DNA of 64,000 bases from Longimicrobiales bacterium (GTDB lineage Bacteria; Gemmatimonadota; Gemmatimonadetes; Longimicrobiales; Gaopeijiaceae). Shown here piece by piece: positions 57,194 to 64,000 of the stretch. The stretch covers positions 736,001 through 800,000 of the forward strand of contig OZ241892.1 in assembly GCA_965203485.1 (NCBI GenBank), read 5' to 3'. The notes beneath the pieces were generated by a model. The model saw only the letters and a program-made list of their open reading frames with translations. It did not search any database and was not told where the DNA came from. The translations under genes and the position numbers were made by a program. Position 1 is the first letter of the stretch. Each line of letters begins with the position of its first letter.

Positions 57194-58474
57194 ATGGCCA
57201 AGATCGAAGGAATCAGAGTTGCCAATTACCGGGTTCTCAAGGACGTCACGCTCGGCAAGCTGTGGAACAACCGGAAGGCCCCGCTGACTCCGATGACGGC
57301 GGTCATCGGCAAGAACGGAGTCGGCAAGAGTTCGCTGTTCGACGCCTTGGGATTCCTGGCGGACTGTCTGAAGCTGGGCGTCGAGGAAGCCTGCGACGCG
57401 CGTGGCCGCGGCGGCTTTCGGCGCATCCGGTCCCAGGGAAGCACAGGGCCGATGGAGTTCGAGGTCTATTATAGACAAGACTCCGCGGCTCGTCCCATCA
57501 CCTACGAGCTTGCCATCGACAGCGACGAGTCCGGCCGTCCCTATGTCTCGAGCGAGCGTCTCAGGCAACGACGCAAGGGCCAAAGGCACGGCCGACCGTT
57601 CTCTTTCTTGATCATGAGCGACGGCAGAGGCATGGCCTGGAAGGGCGATGCGCCGGGGCTGGAAGAGATGCCGGACTTGGAAGTGGACAGTCTTCTGACG
57701 TCGGCCAGGGGCGCCGACAACAATGTTGCCGAGGAGAGTGCGTACAGAGAAGAAGTAGTGCTGGAAGACAAGCGAAGATTGGGCATTGCGACCCTGGGTG
57801 CGCTCAAGCAACATCCTCGCGTGTCGTTGTTCCGGCAGTTCGTCGAGGGATGGTACTTGAGCTACTTTGCCCCGGATGCTGCCCGGAGCCTGCCGTTGGC
57901 CGGGCCGCAAAGGCACCTGAGCGTCCGTGGCGACAATCTGGGCAATGTGGTTCAATTCATGGAACGTCGGCATCCCGCGCGATTCAAGAGCATATTGCGA
58001 CGGATCGCCGAAAGGGTGCCGGGCATCGACAAGATCGATACGGATCGAAGCCCGGACGGACGCTTGCTCTTGCGGTTCAACGACAAGGGATTCAAGGATC
58101 CATTCTACGCACAGCAGGTGTCGGACGGAACCTTGAAGTTGTTCGCCTACCTGCTCATAATGGAAGATCCAGCGCCTCCTCCCTTCATCTGCGTTGAAGA
58201 GCCGGAGAATGGTTTGTATCACCAGTTGCTCGAGATTCTCGTTCGCGAGTTTCGCGGTCACGCGACGAAAACGAGAAACGCGTCGCAGATATTCGTCACG
58301 ACGCACCAGCCCTACTTTGTCGACGCGCTCGGCCCGAAGGAAACGTGGATACTCGAAAAGCAAGTCGACGGGTTCGCTGGGATTCGGCGAGCGAGCGACG
58401 ATCCCATCGTTGACGCGATGGTGCAAGAAGGTCTTCCTCTCGGCGGTCTTTGGTATAGCGACTATCTGAATTGA
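57194..58474 (+). CDS. ABC-type (AAA_21/SMC-like) ATPase
   Basis: GGAGG RBS; NYRVL, GKNGVGKS, SDGT signature, VEEPENGL and TTH motifs. Confidence 0.9.
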   Translation: MAKIEGIRVANYRVLKDVTLGKLWNNRKAPLTPMTAVIGKNGVGKSSLFDALGFLADCLKLGVEEACDARGRGGFRRIRSQGSTGPMEFEVYYRQDSAARPITYELAIDSDESGRPYVSSERLRQRRKGQRHGRPFSFLIMSDGRGMAWKGDAPGLEEMPDLEVDSLLTSARGADNNVAEESAYREEVVLEDKRRLGIATLGALKQHPRVSLFRQFVEGWYLSYFAPDAARSLPLAGPQRHLSVRGDNLGNVVQFMERRHPARFKSILRRIAERVPGIDKIDTDRSPDGRLLLRFNDKGFKDPFYAQQVSDGTLKLFAYLLIMEDPAPPPFICVEEPENGLYHQLLEILVREFRGHATKTRNASQIFVTTHQPYFVDALGPKETWILEKQVDGFAGIRRASDDPIVDAMVQEGLPLGGLWYSDYLN

Positions 58475-58486
58475 GCGGTTCGGGCG

Positions 58487-59200
58487 ATGCACTTTGAAGT
58501 GTTGGTCGAGGACAAGTCCGGGAGCATCGTGGTCGACCACATGTTGCGAGCCGTCTTGGGCCGGAACGGCGACAATCACACGTGGAGGACGCACGGCTAC
58601 AAGGGTCTGGGGCGACTGCCCAAGGACTTGCGCGGGCGAAGGGATCCGTCGAACCGGCTCCTGCTGGAGCAGTTGCCAAGGGTCCTGCGCGGATATGGCA
58701 AGAGCCTGGCGCGCGACTCGGTGGTGGTGGTGGTGGTTGATCTGGACGATCGAGACTGCGTGGCGTTTAAACGCTGTTTGCTCGGCATCCTTCGGAAATG
58801 CGCGCCAAGGCCACAGGCGATGTTCAGGATCGCCATCGAAGAGATCGAGGCGTGGCTTCTGGGAGATCGGGAGGCGGTGAGATCCGCTTATCCGAACGTC
58901 AAGACGTCCGTGCTCGACGGCTATGTGCAAGATGGCATTTGCGGCACGTGGGAGCGGCTTGCCGACGCGGTGCTTGCGGGCGGATCGGCCGAACTCAAGA
59001 GCGCTGGCTGGCCGGCTTCCGGACGGGCCAAGCTTCAATGGGCGGAGAAGATTGGACCGTTGCTGAGACCGGACCGGAACCGGTCGCCGAGCTGCCGGGC
59101 GTTCGTGGACGGCGTGCGACGGTTGGCGGCAGGCGGCCCGGGTTCGGGCGACGACGCGGAGTGTCAACCCCCTCCCGCCGTCACCCTCCCGCCCACGTAG
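58487..59200 (+). CDS. DUF4276-family (TOPRIM-like) protein
   Basis: N-terminal LVED.S, VVVVDLD..D, EEIEAWLLGD and N.SPS..F motifs; co-oriented downstream of the ATPase. Confidence 0.78.
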   Translation: MHFEVLVEDKSGSIVVDHMLRAVLGRNGDNHTWRTHGYKGLGRLPKDLRGRRDPSNRLLLEQLPRVLRGYGKSLARDSVVVVVVDLDDRDCVAFKRCLLGILRKCAPRPQAMFRIAIEEIEAWLLGDREAVRSAYPNVKTSVLDGYVQDGICGTWERLADAVLAGGSAELKSAGWPASGRAKLQWAEKIGPLLRPDRNRSPSCRAFVDGVRRLAAGGPGSGDDAECQPPPAVTLPPT

Positions 59201-61209
59201 ATTCCGCGTCCGGGAGCGGGAAAACCCCACACCTCTTCGTAGTGGGCGTCCAGCAGGTTGTCGGCTCGGAAGGTGAGCGCCACGGCGGGCCGCGAGCCGC
59301 CGCCGAAGAGCCGCAAGTTGGCGCCGAGGTCGACGACGGAGTAGGCGGACAGTTCGACCGGCGTCGCTGGCCAACTCGCGAAGTTGCGGTCGTCGCGGGA
59401 GCCCACGCGGCGGAGGCTCAAGTCCAGGGTCAGCCGTTCCCGGACCGTCATGGAAGCGGTGGCCGCAAACGCATGTTCCGGGCGTCGCAGCAGGCGTTGG
59501 CCCTCCACGAGGGATGCGCCGGGCCCCTCGTCGAAGCCGCTGTCGTCGACGCGAGTTCGCAGCCAAGCATACGACCCGCCGATTGCAAGTGCGCCGAAGC
59601 TGGCTTCGGCTTCGGCCTCGAAGCCCCGGCTGCTGGCCCTTGCCACGTTGTGGTAGTTGGGCCCTCCCTGCTCGGGTGGAGAGAACGCATACTGAATCAG
59701 ATTCCGATACTTCTGCGAAAAGGCGGTCAGGGACACGGTGACGCGGGGGCCGATCCGCTGCTCTAGGCCGGCCTCGAATTCGGTGGAGCCCTCCGGCTCG
59801 AGAGCGCGGTTGCCGACTGCCCAGGCCGACCCGAACGATTCCGCGAACGTCGGCTCCTTGATCGCCGTGCCCGCCGACGCGTACAATCGCGTGCGCGCCG
59901 GCGCCGGCCTCCAGACCAAGCCTGCCCGCCACGTGGCGGCCGTTCCGTAGTGCTCGTTGTCCTCTATGCGCAGGCCGCCGTTCACCGCCGCATCGCCCCG
60001 CGCGCCGTCCACCTGCACGTAGGCCGCGCGGTTCCATCGCTCGTGGGCCGTGCTCTGCGGGCTGGAGCCGTACTGCGACAGCGACCGCGACAAGCTCCGC
60101 ACCGACTGCTGCTCCAGCTCGGCGCCCGCGGCCAGCGCCGATTCGCCCGCGAACCGCCAGATGGCCCGCGCGTCCGTGGCAGTTCGGCGGCCGTCGGCGA
60201 GGCTCTCGGACCCGAAGAAACCCAGGGTGTCCGCCGGGCCGTCGGGAGCGTCGTCGGCGCCCGAGTCCCAGTCGTGAAGCGTCAGCGCCAAGCGGGTCTC
60301 GAAGGCGTCCGTCCAGTTGCGTCCTGCTTCGACGGCGGCCACCAGGGCGTCGCCGAACGTGTAGGCGTTGCGGTCGACCAGGACGCCGGAGCCGTCGGTG
60401 GGGAAGTGGAAGCGTTGGATCTCGTGGCGAAGAGCGAGGGTGACGCCGTTGCGGGCGTCCGGTTGCACTTGCACGCGGCCCGACACCGTCGTCGAGCGGT
60501 GTGCGTTGTTGAGGTCGAGGATGCCGTCCGTGTCGTTTCGGCCCAGCGAGAAGGAGTAAGACAGGAGTCCGGTGCCGCCGGACGCTCCGCCGTGCCATTG
60601 CCTTGCCCCGAAGCTGCCTGCGCGAAAGGACAGATCGGCCGTCGGCGCACCCCGGCCGCGCCGGGTGAAGACATGGATCACCCCGCTCACGGCGTCCGAG
60701 CCGTACAGCGCCGATACCGGCCCGCGCACGATCTCGATTCGCTCGATGCCGTCGGCCGTCATCGAGCCGAAGTCAAAGCGTCCGCCGGGCTCGTTGACGC
60801 TGACCCCGTCGACCAGCACCAGCACGTGGTCGGACGCGCCCCCACGGAGAAACGCCGAGGTCGTCGCGCCGAACGATCCGCCACGCACGACGGCGAGAGA
60901 CGCAACTTGCCGCAACGCGTCCGCCACGTACTTGATTCCCGCCCGCTCCAGAGCCTCGCCTTCGATGACGGTGGTGCGGGCGGCGACGGTCCACGCGGGC
61001 GCGGGCCGCCGGTTGGCCGTGACCACCAGACCCTCCAGGGGCACGGGCTCTTGAGCGTCCTGAAAGCCGCGCTCGATCGCTCGTCCTTGGAGCGGAGCGT
61101 TGGCCGCCGAGACGATGGTCGCAACGCAAACTGCGACGGCGCCGACCCCGTCCCTCGTTTGCGCCCCCGTTCGGCGGTTGCCCGGGCGTGTCCTCCGCCC
61201 AATCGTCAC
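59164..61209 (-). CDS. TonB-dependent receptor, BtuB-like
   Basis: LVVTANR, RGG.SDHVLVLVDGV, IERIEIVRGP.SALYGSDA..GVI, GN..L.PE, LLRRP and NLLD..YE...G...PGR motifs. Confidence 0.88.
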   Translation of the reverse strand: MTIGRRTRPGNRRTGAQTRDGVGAVAVCVATIVSAANAPLQGRAIERGFQDAQEPVPLEGLVVTANRRPAPAWTVAARTTVIEGEALERAGIKYVADALRQVASLAVVRGGSFGATTSAFLRGGASDHVLVLVDGVSVNEPGGRFDFGSMTADGIERIEIVRGPVSALYGSDAVSGVIHVFTRRGRGAPTADLSFRAGSFGARQWHGGASGGTGLLSYSFSLGRNDTDGILDLNNAHRSTTVSGRVQVQPDARNGVTLALRHEIQRFHFPTDGSGVLVDRNAYTFGDALVAAVEAGRNWTDAFETRLALTLHDWDSGADDAPDGPADTLGFFGSESLADGRRTATDARAIWRFAGESALAAGAELEQQSVRSLSRSLSQYGSSPQSTAHERWNRAAYVQVDGARGDAAVNGGLRIEDNEHYGTAATWRAGLVWRPAPARTRLYASAGTAIKEPTFAESFGSAWAVGNRALEPEGSTEFEAGLEQRIGPRVTVSLTAFSQKYRNLIQYAFSPPEQGGPNYHNVARASSRGFEAEAEASFGALAIGGSYAWLRTRVDDSGFDEGPGASLVEGQRLLRRPEHAFAATASMTVRERLTLDLSLRRVGSRDDRNFASWPATPVELSAYSVVDLGANLRLFGGGSRPAVALTFRADNLLDAHYEEVWGFPAPGRGIYVGGRVTAGGG

Positions 61210-62135
61210 CGTGGCTTGGCCGTCCCGGCCTCGTCGTCCGCGGAAGCTAGCAATTCGCCCAGTACGGTCCCCGCCGGGTCGCTGGGCATGCCCACCTTCC
61301 AGGTCGCCTTGAAGACGTTTGCGCTTCCGTTGCGGACGGCGGCCGCGATGCCGGCGTCGGCGGGCTCCAGCAGTCCCGCGCGGAGCAATTTCAGGGGACC
61401 GGCGGCCGCGATCTTGGGCGTCGCCGCCCACGCCTGGCGGAACTCCTCGTCGGAGTCCAAGAGCTTGCGAAACAGGTACTGCACCCAGAAGTAGACGCCC
61501 AGCTTCGGATGCTCGACCGTGGGGATCAGGAGTCCCTCGTATGGTCGGCCCCATTTGCGCCCGTAGCCGTGGCGGAAGCGCAGATGAGTCCGTCGCGCGG
61601 CGATCCGTTCGCCCAGCAATCGCATCCGCGCCGGCGTTCCCCCCCCGCCCCCCGCCCGCCGGGCCGCCCGCCTGCGCGTCTCGGCGAGCAGGCGCAGCGC
61701 CTCGGCCAGCCAGCGGACTACCACGAGCGAGCCCGGTCGAGCGGCCAGGAGCCAGCTGTCCACGGGCCGGTCGCGACTGGGGCGATCGTACCCGAAGAAG
61801 CCGCTGGGGCCCGCAGCTTCGTGGATCCACGCGTCCAGAGGACGGGCGCACCACAAAGTGGAGTCCGCCCACACGCCCCCGTGCTTTGCGAGCAGGCTCA
61901 GACGCAGCAGGTCGGAGCGCGCGGGCAACGCGGGACGCACTTCGTCCACCGTCGCCGGCAACGCCTCCCGAACGATCTTGCTGGCCGCATCGAGCTTGTG
62001 GACGACCCATCCCGGGTTTCTTTGGCGCCACGTCGAAACGCAACGCTGCACAATGCTTGGCGCATTGCCCCACCCCTGGTGCCAGTAGGTCCAAACCCGC
62101 CGGGGCAGCGAACCGGCCGGCGACCCGCAGGTCAA
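61206..62135 (-). CDS. Capsular polysaccharide synthesis protein (DXD glycosyltransferase); start uncertain
   Basis: VWTYW.QG...AP.IV..C..TW...NP, SDLLRL.LL..HGGVW.D.T and YF..Q..F motifs. Confidence 0.82.
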   Translation of the reverse strand: MTCGSPAGSLPRRVWTYWHQGWGNAPSIVQRCVSTWRQRNPGWVVHKLDAASKIVREALPATVDEVRPALPARSDLLRLSLLAKHGGVWADSTLWCARPLDAWIHEAAGPSGFFGYDRPSRDRPVDSWLLAARPGSLVVVRWLAEALRLLAETRRRAARRAGGGGGTPARMRLLGERIAARRTHLRFRHGYGRKWGRPYEGLLIPTVEHPKLGVYFWVQYLFRKLLDSDEEFRQAWAATPKIAAAGPLKLLRAGLLEPADAGIAAAVRNGSANVFKATWKVGMPSDPAGTVLGELLASADDEAGTAKPR

Positions 62136-62268
62136 GGCAACGGACCCAGGAGTCCGTCGGCGCTCCCGGCCAAGCGCCCGGGCCGGCGGCGGCGCGACCA
62201 CGCGGCCGCGTCCATTGTCCGGCAGTCCGATCGCGTCGGTGTCGCGACCCGGCCCGGCTCCGGCGGCC

Positions 62269-64000
62269 TCATCCCTCCGCCAGCGCCAACGCCACCAGCT
62301 CGCCCGGATGGCCCGGCGCCCCCACTGCCACCACCACGAACTGCCGGCCACGGTGCATGTAGGTCATCGGCAGCCCCGTCTGGTTGGCCGGCAGCTGGAT
62401 CTCGGCCACAACGGCGCCCGTCGCCTTGTCGTGGGCGCGCAGCAAGGAGCCGCCCGATCCCGGCGCCGCGTACATCCCGCCGCCCTCGCCGGCGAAGAGC
62501 AGCGTCTTGGTCGCCAGCAGGCCGCCCCGGTCCATGCGGCCCGTCCGGCCCACGTCGATCCCTTCGAGAGCCGGGTGGTTCTTGACGTACTCGGGCGCGT
62601 CGCCGTTGGGCGCTTGCCAAGCGATGTCGCCCGCGTTCAGGTCGATCGCAGTGATCCTGCCCCACGGCGGCTTGAAGAGGGGCAACCCCTGGGGCCCGCC
62701 GCCGCCCCGCAGCCGCAGGCCGCCGCCGCGCACGTAGTTCATGCTCGACACGTCCGGGTCGTGCACCAGCGAGATCACGCTCGGAGCCGTCGCCGACTGC
62801 ACGAAGAGGTAGCCGGTCTCGGGATCGAAGGCGCCGCCCGGCCAGTTTGCGCCGCCCAGCGAGCCGGGGACCATGAGCGTGCCCTGCGTGCCGCCCTCCA
62901 CGGCCACGGACGGCGGCGTGTAGAGCGGCCCCCAGCGCAGGCGCGCCAAGATCGCCTCCGCCTCTGCCCGGAGCTCCGGAGTGAAGTCGATCAGGTCGTC
63001 GGGGCTCACGCCCTGCCGGTCGAAGGCGGGCGGCCTGGACGGAAAGGGCTGGGTGGGCGCGGTGCGCTCTCCCGGTACGTCGGACTGCGGCGCCGGGCGC
63101 TCCTCGATCGGCCAGACCGGCTCGCCGGTGCGCCTGTCGAAGACGAACGTGAAGGTCTGCTTGGTCAGCTGGGCGACGGCCGGCACGGGCCTTCCGTCCA
63201 CCACCAGGTCCGCCAGCACGGGTGGGGCCGGCGGATCGTAGTCCCAGATGCCGTGGTGCACGGTCTGAAAGTGCCACCGGCGCTCGCCCGTGGCCGCGTC
63301 CAGGGCCACGAGGCTTTGCGAGAACAGGTTGTCGCCGGGCCGGTGGCCGCCGTAGTAGTCGCCGGTGGGCGCCTCGACGGGCAGATAGACGAGCCCCAGG
63401 GCCGTGTCGGCGCTGATCGAAGTCCATACCGCCGCATTGCCGGTGTAGCTCCACGACTCGTCCTCCCAAGTGTCGTGGCCGAACTCGCCGGGTTGCGGGA
63501 TGGTGTGGAATGTCCATAGGCGCCGGCCGGTTGCCGCGTCGTATCCGCGCACGTGTCCCGGAGGCATCTCGGGCGACGGGGGCGCGGCGCCTGACGGCAA
63601 CGCCGAGCCGACCACGACGACGCTCCCGACCACCACGGGCGGCGAGCTTGATCCGATGGGCGCGCGCTTCAGGTCCAGCGGGCGGCCCAGTCCGCGCCGG
63701 AGGTCCACGATGCCGTCGCGGCCGAAGCTGGGGACGGGGCGGCCCGTGGCGGCGTCCAGGGCCACCAGGCGGAAGCCCGGCGTCACGAAGAAGATCCGCG
63801 GACCGGTCTCCGGATGCTCCCAGTAGGCGACGCCCCTCCCCGAGTTGCGTCTCGGCGCCGAGCGGTCGCCCTCGTCCAGGCGGTAGGTCCACAGGGTCTC
63901 GCCCGTTCCGGGGTCGATGGCGGCCACGGCGCGGCGGTACCCGGCCGTGGCGTACAGCGTCGAGTCCGCCATGAGCGGCGTGGTGCGGTAGTTGAACTCG
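62269..64000 (-). CDS. PQQ-dependent dehydrogenase (quinoprotein glucose dehydrogenase-like); 5' end outside the window
   Basis: PQQ beta-propeller repeats (A.DA.TG...W), W.FQ.VHH.IWDYD, GGANW.G, KPPWG...A.DL..G and PMTY motifs. Confidence 0.92.
   Translation of the reverse strand, partial: EFNYRTTPLMADSTLYATAGYRRAVAAIDPGTGETLWTYRLDEGDRSAPRRNSGRGVAYWEHPETGPRIFFVTPGFRLVALDAATGRPVPSFGRDGIVDLRRGLGRPLDLKRAPIGSSSPPVVVGSVVVVGSALPSGAAPPSPEMPPGHVRGYDAATGRRLWTFHTIPQPGEFGHDTWEDESWSYTGNAAVWTSISADTALGLVYLPVEAPTGDYYGGHRPGDNLFSQSLVALDAATGERRWHFQTVHHGIWDYDPPAPPVLADLVVDGRPVPAVAQLTKQTFTFVFDRRTGEPVWPIEERPAPQSDVPGERTAPTQPFPSRPPAFDRQGVSPDDLIDFTPELRAEAEAILARLRWGPLYTPPSVAVEGGTQGTLMVPGSLGGANWPGGAFDPETGYLFVQSATAPSVISLVHDPDVSSMNYVRGGGLRLRGGGGPQGLPLFKPPWGRITAIDLNAGDIAWQAPNGDAPEYVKNHPALEGIDVGRTGRMDRGGLLATKTLLFAGEGGGMYAAPGSGGSLLRAHDKATGAVVAEIQLPANQTGLPMTYMHRGRQFVVVAVGAPGHPGELVALALAEG

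Noticed and set aside
55256..60598. 1780-aa minus-strand ORF as one protein
   Set aside because: Only the last ~565 aa are a real ligase. The rest is antisense to the ATPase/DUF4276 pair or out of frame with the TonB receptor.
62132..62272. 46-aa ORF bridging the PQQ dehydrogenase and glycosyltransferase genes
   Set aside because: It overlaps both neighbours neatly but has low-complexity content; it cannot be distinguished from chance or a frameshifted N-terminus.

Overview
High-GC bacterial window. The gene content (giant cadherin/Ig autotransporter, VPS10/BNR hydrolase, PQQ dehydrogenase, RCC1 and Ig lipoproteins, TonB receptors) resembles marine, possibly host-associated Gemmatimonadota-type genomes; this is an inference only. 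From left to right it holds: a 5'-truncated >4,350-aa repetitive adhesin; AAA+/DUF4143 ATPase genes (four copies in the window, two intact and two decayed); a 2-oxoacid:ferredoxin oxidoreductase operon; a BNR glycosyl hydrolase; a graspetide-type RiPP locus (precursor plus ATP-grasp ligase) broken by an IS1182; a decayed scpB-rluB-tRNA block; a DUF2946-like RGPP leader ORF ahead of a TonB-dependent receptor; a PaaI/MDR/NRAMP-like/acyl-CoA ligase operon; a UvrD helicase with an embedded nuclease split by an IS5; a Doc-like Fic gene; a diverged tandem duplication of [acyl-CoA ligase 3' end-panE-variable slot-DUF4143 ATPase] around two lipoprotein genes; vapBC; a probable oxalyl-CoA synthetase/PanE2 pair; an ABC-ATPase + DUF4276 putative defence pair; a BtuB-like receptor; a glycosyltransferase; and a truncated PQQ dehydrogenase. 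The most notable unexplained signal is a set of phased, iteron-like 23-bp (and 19-bp) direct-repeat arrays immediately upstream of the DUF4143 ATPase genes. All calls come from reading the sequence by eye; no searches were run.
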